Of a stretch of 64,000 nt of DNA, positions 46,699 to 60,955 are shown piece after piece (the first letter of the stretch is position 1; each line of letters opens with the position of its first letter). The notes beneath the pieces were generated by a model that saw only the letters and a program-made list of their open reading frames with translations, was not told the DNA's origin and did not search any database. The stretch spans positions 1 through 64,000 of the forward strand of contig JBEUKZ010000109.1 of assembly GCA_048128005.1 (NCBI GenBank), read 5' to 3'. Made by a program: the position numbers and the translations under genes. Source of the stretch: Veleropilina oligotropha. Taxonomy: Eukaryota.

Positions 46699-48831
46699 AT
46701 GGCTGAAAAATCTTACTGGCAGCGTTATAGAAGAGTGAGATCAAATGTTAAAGAACATATGTCTTTCATTTATTCTGACCAGACTGATAGTGAAAATGAT
46801 GAAATAAATCTTGATAACTCTGCTCAGGGAGAAGAAATCTTAGAAACTATCAATTCTGGTAATTGTCAAGATGCTCATGTTTCAAATACAGGTTTGGTAA
46901 TTGACAATGAGAATACTGTTGAAAATGACATTAATGTTGACAATTTTATGGATGAGAATTCGGATATGTCCGGTACTGACAGTGTTTTAGACTTGGATGA
47001 TGATGATTTGGATACACATGACAATGCCTCGCTGTCAGGCAGTTCTAATAGTGTCTCGGATTCGGACCAAGATGAGTCAACAATTGCAGATGATCTTTGC
47101 ACATGGGTGTCCCGTTTTAACATTCCGCTTAGTGCCGTCCAAGTGCTTTTATCAATTTTACACCCCTATCATCCTTCACTACCAAAGGATCCAAGAACTC
47201 TTTTAAAAACAAAAATAAGTTATGATGTAATCAGTGTTGGTGAAGGTTCATACCATCACTTTGGGATAGGCACAAGTCTGAGTAACGAGATTCACTCCAA
47301 TTCACCCGTTGCAATTGAAGATATACAATCCGTTAAAATCCAATTAAATATCGACGGGCTGCCCTTGTTTAAGAGTTCCAGCACTCAGTTCTGGCCAATT
47401 TTAGGCAGAGTAATTGAACCATATCAATCCAACCCTTTTATAATAGGACTGTTTGTGGGAAGCAAAAAACCAGACAGCGTACATGATTTTTTGCAAAGTT
47501 TCATTGATGAAATGACCATACTCGATCGCACAGGAGTTAAAATATCTGAAACCGGTCAGTCTATCAGAGTAGAAATTTCTTGCATTATATGTGATACACC
47601 AGCCAGAGCTTTTGTAAAGCAATCAAAAGGTCACTCTGGTTACTTTGGATGTGATAAGTGCTGTCAAAGAGGATATTATAATAACAAAATAACTTTCCCT
47701 GAAACCAATGCAGTTTTACGAACTGATTTGCAATTTAATGAGATGGAAAATGAAGAGCACCATATTGGCATCTCACCATTCAGAGCAGTCCCTTTCCCTT
47801 TAGGCATGGTAAGTCAATTTCCTATTGACTACATGCATTTAGTGTGTTTAGGTGTCATGAAAAGGCTTCTTTGGCTTTGGACAAAAGGTCCACTTATTTG
47901 TAGGCAAGGTACAAGATTCAGCTCGCATGTTTCTGAGCTCCTGGTTGATCTAAGATCATACCTTCCTCGTGAATTCCTGAGAAAGGGTAGATCATTGAAT
48001 GAAGTTGAAAGATGGAAGGCATCAGAATTCCGGCAGTTCTTACTCTACACAGGCCCAGTTGTTCTCAAAATTTGTCTGCCCTCGCCGTTTTATAATCATT
48101 TCAAGCTTCTTTTTATTGCAATCTTTTGTCTGGCCAGCCCATTATTCTGTCAAGCTTATTGCGATTATGCAAATCAGTTGCTTATTGCATTTGTGAGCCA
48201 GTTCGGTCATCTATACGGAGAGGATCAATATGTTTACAATGTTCATGGGCTTGTTCATCTGGCAAGCGATGTTTCAAGGTTTGGTGAACTTGATAGGTAC
48301 TCTGCCTTCATATTTGAAAGTTATTTGGGTACGTTAAAGAAACTTGTCAGAAAACCAAACTTTCCTCTACAGCAAATAATCAGGAGATTGTCTGAGAAAA
48401 AGGTGACTGTAGACAATTCTAAACAGATCCCTGACTGCGGTATTGTAAAAAGAAGGCACAACCATGGTCCGCGTGTCAGAGATTACAGTACTTACCTGCA
48501 ATTTGAGGAAATGACATTGCCAAACATTTACTTATCAATACATCGAGGTGATAATTGTATTCTTTCCGGTGAAAAGGTTGGTTTAATAAGAAACATTTTG
48601 TCTCCGGCTAATGAAGCTGCCGAAAGAATATTTGTTATTGAATGGTTTAGGGGCACTCCTGGTAGCTTTTACACAGACCCTTTAAAATCTTCCGACTTAA
48701 GAATTTTCACAGTCTCACAGCTGAATGATCATATTGCAACAATAAAGAGATGTGACATTACGTGCAAGTGTGTTCTTTTACCGTACAGAGACCAGTATGT
48801 TGTTATTCCGTTGATTCACAATTTCATGTAA
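46699..48831 (+). CDS. EnSpm/CACTA-type transposase
   Basis: 710 aa, intronless. LPKDPRTLL, NIDGLPLFKSS..FWPIL, CDTPARAF, GH.GYFGCDKC, DYMHLVCLGV, WKASEFRQFLLY, YNVH.L.HL, SAF.FES. Confidence 0.92.
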   Translation: MAEKSYWQRYRRVRSNVKEHMSFIYSDQTDSENDEINLDNSAQGEEILETINSGNCQDAHVSNTGLVIDNENTVENDINVDNFMDENSDMSGTDSVLDLDDDDLDTHDNASLSGSSNSVSDSDQDESTIADDLCTWVSRFNIPLSAVQVLLSILHPYHPSLPKDPRTLLKTKISYDVISVGEGSYHHFGIGTSLSNEIHSNSPVAIEDIQSVKIQLNIDGLPLFKSSSTQFWPILGRVIEPYQSNPFIIGLFVGSKKPDSVHDFLQSFIDEMTILDRTGVKISETGQSIRVEISCIICDTPARAFVKQSKGHSGYFGCDKCCQRGYYNNKITFPETNAVLRTDLQFNEMENEEHHIGISPFRAVPFPLGMVSQFPIDYMHLVCLGVMKRLLWLWTKGPLICRQGTRFSSHVSELLVDLRSYLPREFLRKGRSLNEVERWKASEFRQFLLYTGPVVLKICLPSPFYNHFKLLFIAIFCLASPLFCQAYCDYANQLLIAFVSQFGHLYGEDQYVYNVHGLVHLASDVSRFGELDRYSAFIFESYLGTLKKLVRKPNFPLQQIIRRLSEKKVTVDNSKQIPDCGIVKRRHNHGPRVRDYSTYLQFEEMTLPNIYLSIHRGDNCILSGEKVGLIRNILSPANEAAERIFVIEWFRGTPGSFYTDPLKSSDLRIFTVSQLNDHIATIKRCDITCKCVLLPYRDQYVVIPLIHNFM

Positions 48832-49105
48832 TTGGAGTCCGGTTGATGTTGTCAGTTGCCATAATATGTTTTTCGGTCTGACATGTTTAACAGTTATCAG
48901 TTTTAAACACTAATCTTCACAATAAGCCCTAGTGTTATATGTTATCCTTGAAGTTGAAGTCATTGATAACAACTTTATGCCTTTCAGATATATGTTAATC
49001 AGCTACACAATCTGCAAGTTGTTTTCTTGAATTAAAAAAATATGAAGTATAAATAATACCAGACCAACCAGTTTCATTGCCAGCTGTTTACAGTATACTT
49101 AAGTG

Positions 49106-52100
49106 ATGGCATACTTAATTGTAATCTTCACTGATGAAGAGGAGACCGCACTAATACCTGATAACTGGCTGGACGGTACATCCTGCGCCCTGTGGCCACC
49201 CTACAAAACGTCGGCACGTATAAATAGTGCGGTTTTGAAGAAGGAACCACCAGGTGATACGTGGAGATCGCTGCCTATCAGAATAATTTACAGGAGTGGT
49301 GAGTATAGTGTAATTTGTTGCATGATATTTATAGAATGAACATTAATGTTATATTCAATGAAGGGCCCCCTGTCTGAACCTTTGTTGCAAATGGAGTTTA
49401 CGCTACAACACCGCCTTGGCGCTGCACATGATTTCTGTTACCAAAAGTCTAAAGAGCACTTATCAAGCAAGGCAGCACCTGCAGCTACACTTACAAACTG
49501 GTCAATTTAATAATATGCATGTGTTATCTTAATATATCATATAAAATATTGCGAGACATTTCGTGTTCGTGGACAACACAACAACAATTTACATATATAA
49601 TATGAATGTGACACTATATTTTCAGACTCCTATGATAAGACTCGATCCAAGCTTAAACAGTCGGAATTGGACTCGGATCTCCAAACAGACACGAATGATA
49701 TTCCATCGAAAAGACAACGCAGGTATTTAATGGTATCTAATTGATTTTGATTTGAATCGGTATTTCACCGGTGACCGGTTTCGCAGTCTGGACTCGCGGT
49801 TTCACGTTTCTATCCGATTAGATAGAGCAAATGTGGATGATTTCCTTGCCCAAGAGAAATCGTCGATAGTGGAGATTGAACGCAGTACCGGTACTCTGCA
49901 CTCCAGACGTCTACACTAGATCCACTCAGCTACGGCGACCGTCAATTGATTTAAACATTAATAATAGTTCATGGGGCCGTCTGATCATAGTTACGAACTC
50001 TTACAGCACTTTGGTAGTAGTTTCAAAATCACAAAGCTAGTCATTAGATTTACTTTTACAAATCTAATCAAATAATAATAAACCATTGACCAGCAATTGT
50101 ATTCAAATGGTGGTGGCTATAAAAGAAATCACTTCACACATTTATGACTTATTACATATTTCATGCATTTAGGTTAAATGTTCCTGCTTGTATTGACGCA
50201 ATATATATGATTTACTCCATTTCAAATATCAAGGTAGCTACTGCATCCATACTACCACCATGAGAAAAAATGAAATTAAAATGCATTCAATCATTATATT
50301 TGCTGGTATAAACGTAATGTGTAAATTTCAGATGTATTTAAAGTGACTGGATCAGTAGCAATGTTTCAATATTGTAAATGTGCTTTATTATAATCATCAG
50401 AGTCTTTCCATATGAACTTATAATTAAGTTATTTTTTTCAGAAAGGCACCAATCTGGACATCAGATGAGTCTTCAGAAGATGAAGCTCCTGCTACTCTTT
50501 TAAAAAAGAGTAATACTAGAACGAACAACCAGGCACCTGTTTCTGGACGGAGCACATGCCTGCCATCCCCACCGGCAAGACTGCATATCCTGTCGCAGGA
50601 TTCAGAACCTAGCCCAGGAGTCCGGTTCACTGAGCCTGCAACCTCGGCAACAAAGGAAACAACTTCTATTCTTTCTCGCTTATCACATGGTAAGGTCGGT
50701 CATTATTCAATATAGTTATTTTGTTTTCACATTGCATTTTTCAATGCTTGCTTACTGGACATTATATTTTGTTCCCGATTTAATCGTTCTTGACCATGTT
50801 GGAATACCAGCCTGATCAGATTTAATAAACACGGGTGTCGATCAACAACTCATTTATTTCATTACTACATCTTCGACAAAATATATAACGGTTGTACATT
50901 GTGACCTGGCACACTTGCTGTGTTATGATTTATTTTACGACAGGGGGGCGAGTTCAAATCCCGCGGCCGGCGTGGGTTATTCTAACGCTTAAAACTAATA
51001 GAAGGGTTGGCTTAAAAACCAGTTACCTGTCCTTCGAACAGAGACGTTAAACAGACTCCGACTGCCATATAACTACTGAAAGATTGTTAAGTGTGGTCGA
51101 AAACTAACCAATTCACTCACAAATAATTTTTCATCAACATGAAAATATGTGATGCTGCAAATGTACGTTAATGTGTCATGCCGGGATTATGCTATACTGA
51201 ATGATTTTTACTTTTAAGGTTGACTTCTATATAAATGACAACCTCGTTACAACGCGAAAGTCGGGGCCAAATATTTCTGACTGTGTTTTAGGAAAGTTGG
51301 TCAAAGTTAAATACACTTCAACAAAAATAATGCCAGCTTAACTCTCCCATTCATGACGCTGGCTGCTTGCAAGGTATCTGTATGCCGATTACGAACATAA
51401 CGTATACGATAGTTGTATGAAGCGTAGCTAATTTATCAAATTCCCTAGTGTGCCGCAATGTTTTATTTTTAGCAAATGCATATTTTTCAGCTCGTGATAT
51501 ACGCATCTTTACGATGCTTGAAAAGATAAGCGCAGAACAGCAAGAGCAACGGATTCTTCTGCAGCAGCTGCTTTCAAGGGGCAATCCCGTCTTTTCCAAA
51601 GATGTCGCTACCCTTCCTGATGGAATCTGTTTCCCTTTTAAGACCAAGGAAGACATGGAAACACTGGAAGACGTTTTATCTGATACAGAGTCATTCTCAT
51701 CTGTGGTAAGGAAATACTAAAATAACGATTATGTACAAGTGTCGCATACACATCAGACACCAGTCTGTTTATTATCACATTTCATCATTATACTTAAAAA
51801 AAATTGCTTGTAGGCCGCTTTCGGCATCCTACCCTTGATGTGAGATCACTTTAATATGATTAAGTGACCGGAGTGATTTGCCTTGTTAACACGAATGTGG
51901 TGAGCAGACAGCCTTTATAAATATTCACATAAGCCATGATAAGGGGAGATAATTCATTCACAGAACTATCTCGAAGGCGCTGAGAAATGTACCTTGTCAT
52001 TTTCTGGCTCTCGTCCAATGCATATGTGTGTCTATTATATAATGAGGATTGTCGTCCGTTCGACCGCCATCAATAATTTGTTAAAGTTTTTGGTTAAACT

Positions 52101-54232
52101 ATTTTAATCATGCTCGATAGCCAACCAGGAGCACAAAAAAAACACAAAACGCTACTTTTGGACTTGGTATTATGTTGTAAATGTTTTTTGTTAAACTTTT
52201 CAATCATGCTATAAATGCAACCGTAGGCAATCTTTGTCATCTGTGTACAATATATAATATACGAGTGTTGATACATTTGATGGATGCCCTGTGAGAGAGT
52301 GAGTAGAGCGAAGATATTAAATCAACTTGGCCTTGCCTACAGGGTTCAAATCCGCTCAGATACAATGCAAGGTTATCAGACACGGTTGCCAATATTAACC
52401 GACTTTAGTATCTTTCATATTTATTATATTTTATTTTTATTTATTCAGGTAAAATACCTGTCCATGTTTGGGGGGGACAGTATCAAGGACACCATTTCTC
52501 GCATTTTGAAGGAAGTTATGACGAGTGCCCTTGCCCGACAATACAACCTTCTTGGTCAGAAAGGAAAGCTTAAATTTGGTGCTTTGCGTTTAGCGTCTGT
52601 GATATACAGTAAGTTGTTATTGTTTTTGTGTTTAGCTCGACTATTCTAGAATAGTACGAGCTATTGCAGTCACCCTGTCGTCGGCGTCGGCATCAAACTT
52701 CAGGTTAACATTTTGTATGCAGGGTGTTTTCTCAAAAAGTTTACACACTACAACTTTCAAACTTCATACACTTGTTCAATGTCATTATCCAACCTTACAT
52801 ATTATGCGTAATAACTCTGGCTTCGTTGTTTTACCAAATTATTCCCCTTTTTCGACTTAGACAATTCAGGTTAATGTTTTGCATGAAGGGCCTTTTCTCA
52901 CCAATTCAACTTCAGGTTAACATTTTGCATGAAGGGTCTTTTCTCACAAATTTTTCACACTACACCTTTCAAACATCATACACTTGTTCAACGTCATTAT
53001 GCGACCTTACATTACCGGCGTAATAACTTTGGTTTTGTTTATTTACCAAATTATTCCCCTTTTTCGACTTAGACAATTCAGGTTAATGTTTTGCAAGAAC
53101 GGCCTTTTCTCACCAAGTCAACTCCAGGTTAACGTTTTGCATGAAGGGTCTTGACTCACAAATTTTTCACACTACACCAATACACATTTCAAACTTCTTA
53201 CAGTTGTATTCATTATGGCATTATCATCGATCCAGCTTTTGATAGTCGAGCATGCTGTCTTTCCGACAGCTCTTGTTGATCATATTTCTGAATTCAAATG
53301 TAAGATGCAAATAGATTCAGCCTCATGCGACACAGAGGTAGTTTGTCAGAATGAAGGTTAAGTGTCCATGAAAATGTGAAAGGGGCAAGGCCATATGATA
53401 GCAGTTTGAGATATTGTCAAGTCAGAGTTGAACCAACAATTTCCTCCCAATACAGATGGTTTGTCATTGCTAAATGACATAGACTAAATAGTTTTGAATC
53501 ACCATTAAAGGACTTGTGAACATGAAGGCGAAATTTGGGTACACTGCACATTCCCATAAAATATATGCGGTGTAAAGTTTGAGCTATTATCCAAATTGTA
53601 ATGCATTAGATAGAGGCTGATAAATTAATCAGCAACAAGAATATACATATTACCAGGTCATTGACGTCACATATGGAGGTCACCGACTTATGGCGATACA
53701 TTAGAATTTACAATAGCAGACCTTTGTGTGCCCATCAGGAACAATGACATCACTAATTATATTTCGAAAGATCTTGGACCTGCAAGCAAAGGACTCGCAG
53801 TCAAGAACTTATAATACGTTCACAAGTCCTTTAAGGTATTTAAGTATCACCATTAAATAGAATAATTTATTTTTATGAAAATCGTTTTCCAATCATAACT
53901 TGCATGACATCGAGTCATGATGTAATATAGTATATGTGTGAAGTTTCAATTTATAGATAAAAAAAATATGGCAAATACATAGGTCACCTGACTTTTGTAC
54001 TGATGACAAATAAGTTTATTAAAATTGGTGATTGAACACTCAATTTAGCTGCAATCAAATTTTTCTTTAAGGGTGCCTTTACAGGAATCCAAGTACGAAA
54101 ACGGCAACAAAAAAAGACTTGGAAGCAGCATTAGCAAAATGGCTTGCTGGTGCCAGGGATAGAGATGGTGGGAGGAAAAACCGAGTCAGCCTTGTCCCCG
54201 ATGCCACAGAAGGAGAAACCGCGTTGTTATAA
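49106..54232 (+). CDS. DUF4806-type accessory protein, 6 exons
   Basis: GT-AG exons 49106-49298, 49626-49722, 50442-50689, 51491-51705, 52449-52608 and 54072-54232 join in frame. Motifs: IPDNWL...WPP, SDLQTD, YLS.FGG, G.KGK..F, KWL.GARDRDGGR. Confidence 0.85.
49825..49940 (-). mobile_element. SINE head related to 138-467
   Basis: Minus strand reads GCCGTAGCTGAGTGG...GTTCAATC...TCGACGATTTCTCTTGGGCAAGGAAAT. Confidence 0.6.
50940..51120 (+). mobile_element. Degenerate SINE fragment
   Basis: B-box GAGTTCAAATCCC, body GTCCTTCG...GAGACGTTAAAC, tail TGTTAAGTGTGGTCGAAAACTAAC. Confidence 0.45.
52631..53277. mobile_element. Helentron-like non-autonomous element (HINE/DINE-1 architecture)
   Basis: Sub-TIR GCTCGACTAT (52635) / ATAGTCGAGC (53242), terminal hairpin GCTGTC-TTTCC-GACAGC, GTCGGC microsatellite, internal tandem units, T-rich flanks. 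Confidence 0.75.
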
Positions 54233-57200
54233 TTTATTATGATGAAATGATATAAATAATGGTGCTTCACTTTGATATTGTGCATTTTTTTGTTATGAAA
54301 GGAAATTAATAATTCTTATATTTGCTGTACTTTTGAATTTGAAATTGTACAATTATTTTAATTCTAGTCAACAACATTATGGTGTGAATTGTTTGCTGAC
54401 AAGCACAATAAGTGCTTGAATTGTTTTTCTTAATCTAGTCATAATATATTCATGCATGAGCTTGTTCATAGGATGTATTCACGTGCAGGTATGTGCACAC
54501 ACACGGTCTCAGTTTCAAACTAGAAAACATTGGCAGAACAAATCTGTTACTAAGTATTTGTTCTCATGACCACTTTATTTTCCCTGTTACTGGTATTGAA
54601 GTCACAAGTGGGAGTATAATAATGGGATGTATTATTACTTTAAAAATACATGTCTGTTATTGACCGAATACGGACTTTACCTGGGCCAGTGCTGAGTTGA
54701 AACAAACTCATTAAAATCTAGAATTGTTTTAAATCGGTGTTATTATTATGCATATATACAGATTGTAATGATTCCTGTTTTTATATGAAACTGACAGCTG
54801 AAAAGTAAATGCTGTTTTTTTATATGTCCGATTTCATTAGAATCTAGGAAAGTTCAATAACAGTGATCGCATCGGATGCAACAGAGTTATGCCCTTTTAA
54901 TTTTGAGTATTTAAAATTGGAAGTACAGTGTATACACCATGTCCAATTGATAACACATGATTTTCATTAATTATTTACGAACTTAGTAATAACGTTTGTT
55001 GACACAAACACAGGATCCATGGCCAAGTACAATATCCTACAAGATAAGACATGATGGATCATTGTTATGCGCCTTTGATTTTGTTAAATTGAGATTAAAC
55101 ACCATATGTACGATTTATACATTGATTACTTCATCTTTGGTAAAATATGTATATTGTGACCTTGCGGTTGTTTCTTACTTCAGTTGTAATGATGTTATGC
55201 CAAATATTAATTATTAATGTGACCCAGTTTGTTTTCTGATTTTAAGGGGAAATTTTACGTAAGTTTATCAGGTCTACCGTATCAGTATTTCAATAAAAAA
55301 ATATCTATATTGCTTTAATCCAGTTTCTTTCATTTGTTAATAGAATTCAGTACCATACTTTATCAATCACTTATGAGGGTCGATTAAAATGATAATGATT
55401 GATGGATGAAATGTCAAACGACCACACCAATATATGTTTGGTCTTGATAAGGTATAAATAATGATCGACCTGTCTGCTCTGCACTTGCGTTGAGAGTTCA
55501 AAACCGGTCAAAGACTATACAAGGTTATCACACACGGTTGTCCATAACCGATCGTGGTGCGTGGGTTTCACCAGTTAATCCAGGCTTTCCTCCCACTGTA
55601 ATATGGACATGTCCCAATATAGCCCGAAAAGGTGCATTAAATGTGGCGAAAACTTAACTCGCTCACCATAAATGATGAAATGAATTGCTTTGTGCGAAAG
55701 TACTTGTTCCAATATGTAATTTCACAGATGTTACCAGATGATTTCCTCTTGGTGATGGACTCGCGAGTGTTTATCAGTTGTAATATGGGCTCAATAGCGT
55801 TTTTGCGAAATGGGCCCCATGAAGGAATCCCCATATTGGTCCCACATGAGCCCACGAAGGACCCATATTGGTCCCACAATGTATTAGATATGGGACCCAC
55901 ACAAATATCGTTTGCAAAACCCATATGGGTCCATTACCATATGCCCATCATGGGCCCTTATCTGAAAATATATGGGGCCCATATTGGTCCCATACGCAAT
56001 GCTGGCTGGGCGTTACGTAGTCAGTACCACAGGCTTCATGTCTCAAAAGCTGCAGTGATCAATACCGTATTTGCTCGTGTACAAGTCGCTTTCGTATATA
56101 AGTCTACCCCCCAACTTTCGTGTTTGAAACTACAACTATTTATATATCGTGTGTATAAGTCGGGTCCCGACTTTCAGATTTCAAGCGTTTGACAAAGATA
56201 TCACCACCTTATTTTCAAGACGTTTCATGTTGACAATCAATTGTTTTATAATCATTATATATCATAAATAGTAGGAATGTAAATTCAACTTACATAGCGG
56301 TTCGGTAGGTCGATCGGAGGAGCAAAGTGTTTTAAGCTAGTGTTTGTGTCAGGTTTGACTTATGGATAAAAGAATCCGGTGAACTGCCGGTATTAAAACT
56401 GTTAGTGGGCGAGAAACCAAGGGTTTCCGGTGTGTGGCCGGTATTATAAGACTGATGTGATCTTGTATGTGTGTCTCGGGTCCGGATCGGAGCAAGTCCC
56501 CGTTTAGGGTGGGACTATAACACAGGCCATGTAAATTAAGTGGTGACAGTGTCGAGACGGGGTCCAGAACTAGTGACTGGTCCAGGTCGCTCTAGTGTAC
56601 CTTTGTATTTTAAAGTTAGAGATATGCCACAAACTGTACAATCAATTGAGGAAAGTTTTTGGTAGCAAACGCTGCCTCAAACTTTCCTCGACATAGTTTA
56701 CCGTTTTGGGCTTATCTCCATAACATTATCATATTTTATAGCATTAATATGCATACCTGTTTCTTTTCTGCTGAGGAACTGGAGGTTTCAATTTCTTCTG
56801 ACAAGGTTAGAACTCGGGGTTTGGCTTTGGCATTTCCACTGAACGGCGACAATTGAGTATGTTTCCAAAGGAATAGATCTGTTTCCTTTAATTGAGAAAA
56901 GGTATTTACATTCGACTTGGATTCATATAGCTCATGATCCATACTAGATACATCATTATATTTTCTTAATAAGGCCACTTCTGAAAATATGCTGTCTATA
57001 ACAGCGATAAGCGTTCCAATTCCGAGTTGCTCATTTGCTTGGCTCATGACAATGACTTTGGAACCAAGTTGGCATGACCTCTCATCATAGCTAGGTGATT
57101 TTTTCGGCGTTGAACGTGTCGGTATTTTATTGAAATGAAATGCGTATAAAATATGAAACGGACCGAAACGACCTACCTAGTGGGCCGAAACGACCCGGGC

Positions 57201-58239
57201 CGCAGAGGTACTGGGACGAAACCAACCGACGACAATGAATTACAATGTAAAATAAATTGACTGAAACTGTGAAAATTATTTTGTTTGTGTTATAAACTTA
57301 TTAATATAAAAAAAAACTTATGACATATATTTGCCATTTCGACATTGATATTAACCAAAATGTAAAAAATGTACAAATGTGACTCTGTGCACGGTAATTT
57401 TTGCGAAAAAGATTTCACAAATGTTTATTAGCGATTTACTAAAACAGTAGCAAACTTCTCACAAAAAGCAAGCATTGAAAAGACTTAATTCATAGCATTT
57501 TGTGTTATTATAAACAAAACATGCATCGCGGTTTACTTGCGTTTGATAAGATATATGGTGCTGTCCGGTGGAGTTGCGCACTTAAGCTATTATCGGCAAG
57601 TTTTAAGCTGGTATACTGCTTCATATCAATAAAAGTTATATTTTATGGAAGCTAAAAGTCACTTTTATACACTGAATGCGGAAATAAATCCAAATTAACG
57701 ACTAACATACCGATAATACAACAAATACAATGCTCACATTGTGTTTTCAATTGAGGTTGCGATGTCCGGTGGAGTTGCGCAGTTCATTTTTCGAGGGGTG
57801 CAGAGTTCATGTACGAAAAGCTAGTAGGCCCAAATGAAATTTCTAAATCGGCTCAATTAATCTTTTTTAACAACAAATAATAATTAAACACATTTCCAAC
57901 GAAGAGATGTTCATATTACTACATTTCTTTAATACAATTTCGTCATTTAAACTGCTTTCCACAGTCAGTTCTTCAACCCTATAGTTCGGTTCTGGGCTAT
58001 TCGCTCTTGCTTCATGCAACGCATTTTTGAATGTGAACACGTATGCGATAAATTACCAAATATCACGTCACAGAGCGAGTTTTATGTTTAAAATTTTACA
58101 AATATCATATTAAATACTAATTTTATGATTTTATTCGAAAGACTTGCCTGATCTACTGCCCTATATGACCTGCTAAATATCCATGAAGTCGCCCAATAAA
58201 GCATTTTAGGTCACGGGAGAAATGACCTTGTTTGGGCTA

Positions 58240-60955
58240 ATTAGGGCTCCAACAGCTTCAGCTGGAGCCCTATTGTTTTTGCTATTTTTATTATTATTCC
58301 TATTATTCTGCCTGAGTTTTGTACCAGTGATAACTTCCAAACCGCTTAAAGCAAAAACTCTAAAAATGGTAAACATGTAGCTATGGTACTGAAGTTCATA
58401 CGCACTTAATTTCTGCTATGCGGCGCCACTGGCTTAGCGGCAATTAAGGTTTTTTCTTTAAAAAAGCACCTTTTTATACCATCTTCTTCGGCCAAACGGC
58501 TGAAGTGAGGTACGCGATGTTCCTAAATAATGATCTTCACTATGTGAAGAAAAAAGTTTGAAAGCGAAAATGTTATCGGAACAAAAGCAAGGCAGTTACG
58601 GCCATCTGAATCTCTCAATAATTTTGAAAAAATCACACTTTTTTACATCGGCTATAACTCTTATTCTGCTTTAACTATAGTCTTCAACCTTCACTGAGTG
58701 GTAGACGCTTTCTGTAAGTTAATTTTGCTACAAAGAAGATATTTCTGCGTGATGTGGTTAAGCCGCCATCTTGGATTGTTTGAAAAACTTCAAACGTCAT
58801 TTTCCCTGCAGTCGTCTGTCCGATCACAATGAAACTTCGTAGGTGGGAACGTTGTGTTATGTTCTTATAAATGTATAATAAACCAAAAAATATTAGTATG
58901 AAAATATTAAAAGCAAAAGTCATTTGAAATTTAAAATTTCAATTAGTCGTATCTTCCTTAATATTTAATTATTTGAAACGAAATAAAGTTCATTATGAAC
59001 ACATCAAATTTATCTAACGCAATATATAAAAAAGCTATCACTTATTTAAGTTAATTTAAAGATATAGACATTTTTTGACATCATTTTGTAACTGCTATAA
59101 CTTAGGTTGTACGGGGACCATCAAGTGGTAAATTTAACACTAGTGCCATCTTAGGGGAAATAATATATATGCATATTTTCGAATAGCTGGGACTGGTAAT
59201 ACTGCAAAAAGACAGTGTATTTTTTATGTAGTGACTATATCTGGCTGGCTTAAAGTAATTTATTACCCTGTGTCAACAAAGCCCCATGGTCTTGTATTGA
59301 CATTATGGCCACCTAATTACTTTGTATCAATAAACTGTGGCCATCGCACTGCCTGCAGAGATATAAGAAATTAGTATGTCGTAAAAACTAGAGGTTTAGT
59401 TCTGCTCTAACTCCTAAATAACTTAGCTGTAACTAGGACTATGAACTTGAAATTTAAATACAATACGCATCACATTTCTGTGAATTTGTATGTTCAATTT
59501 CATAGCGCTATGACTGGTGGTTCAATATTAAAACAGTTTATTTTTTGCGTTCAGTCAGAAGAATTGAACTGCATTAATTGCTTTAATTGCTTGAATGCTA
59601 GCAGTCAATAGTATCCAGCGACTCTAAATTAGTTTATGAGCTCTATGGCCGGCTTGTGGCCACCGCAGGCAGATAAATCAGCAATTAGCAGGTCGTAAAC
59701 CTGGACAGAGAGAGATAGAACTTTAGAAGTTATCTTAAAGTGCTCTCCAAACTACAATAGTTAATTTTGACCATTTTCGGACCGCTTTAGCTCAGAAATT
59801 GGCTCCTTATTGCGTTGCTGACACCAATAATTTTACCATATATGCGGTCAAAGGGATCAGCTGCTCAGCAATATCAAACGTTTGCGTCGATTGTCAAATG
59901 CGTTCAACTGAAATTACCGTAAATCAAAAACTCTAAAAATGGTAAACATGTAGGTATGGTACTGAAGTTGAATCGCACTTAATTTCTGCTATGCGGCGCC
60001 ACTGGCTTAGCGGCAATTAAGGTTTTTTCTTTAAAAAAGCACCTTTTTATACCATCTTCTTCGGCCAAACGGCTGAAGTGAGGTACGCGATGTTCCTAAA
60101 TAATGATCTTCACTATGTGAAGAAAAAAGTTTGAAAGCGAAAATATTATCGGAACAAAAGCAAGGCAGTTACGGCCATCTGAATCTCTCAATAATTTTGA
60201 AAAAATCACACTTTTTTATTTCAGCGGTCACCATTATCCGATTTAAGTGAAATTTTCACTGAAACTATACTGTATTAAGATCATTTTAATTGGAAATTTT
60301 GGCATGCATATGATCAATATTTTTTATGTTTATAAGACATATTTTTATTCCTACTACAGTCTTAGGAAGGCGATTACAGCATTTATGATGTTATCATGAA
60401 TGAAGTTGTGGCATTTTATGATCTGGTCTTGCAGATGTCGTAAGGCGATTACAGCATTTATGATGTTATCATGAATGAAGTTGTGGCATTTTATGATCTG
60501 GTCTTGCAGATGTCGTAAAGGCTGCCTGGTGTAGGCAGTTTATGATGCTGATTTATTGACTCTACACGCATGTACTCAGTCCCAGTGACCAGTTCTATAT
60601 ATTTATAATTATCATTATTTATTTTCTCTCCTTTTTCCCACCAGCTGACTTGGACGCCATTACTGAAAATGTTTAAAGGGGCTATATCTTGTAAACGGTG
60701 CATCTTAGACATATAGTTACTATGGGGAGCTTATGGGAAGTCATGGGTAAACTTTCGAAAATGACCTTGACCTTTGACCTCAGTGACCTAATTAGCGAAA
60801 AATTGCCGAACTCGGAAAAACGCAGGGGATGGAGTGCAATGGGTAGTGGGAACGTATTTGACATCGCATTTCCAAGATGGCGGAAATCGGACGCCATTAT
60901 GGAAATTGTTTCAAGGGGCTGTATCTTGTAAACGGTGCATCTTAGACATATAGTT
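58240..60955. repeat. Helentron-like repeat region with internal duplications
   Basis: Hairpin TAGGGCTCC...GGAGCCCTA followed by (TAT)n at 58242-58300; 294-bp direct repeat at 58352-58645 / 59925-60218; 2 x 75 bp tandem at 60367-60516; TGACCTTTGACCT motif. Confidence 0.6.

Larger units (their letters stand above)
45920..56010 (+). mobile_element. Animal EnSpm/CACTA (CMC) DNA transposon, ~10.1 kb
   Basis: TIRs begin CCCAGCCAGCAT...GGACCAATATGGGC; many subterminal CCCATATGGG palindromes at both ends; flanks CC/CG; transposase and DUF4806 genes. Confidence 0.9.

Noticed and set aside
56063..56170. Single pogo/Tc-like terminus TACCGTATTTGCTCGTGTACAAGTCG; similar lone ends at ~7983 and GGCCGAAACGACC repeats at ~57160
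   Set aside because: No partner TIR was located, so elements cannot be delimited.
55637..56192. 183-aa and 95-aa ORFs at the EnSpm right end
   Set aside because: They run through subterminal CCCATATGGG repeats and across the TIR, with no protein features.
56290..56640. Possible LTR remnant with a PBS-like TGGTGACAG at ~56541
   Set aside because: No second LTR, PPT or gag/pol was found; too little support.
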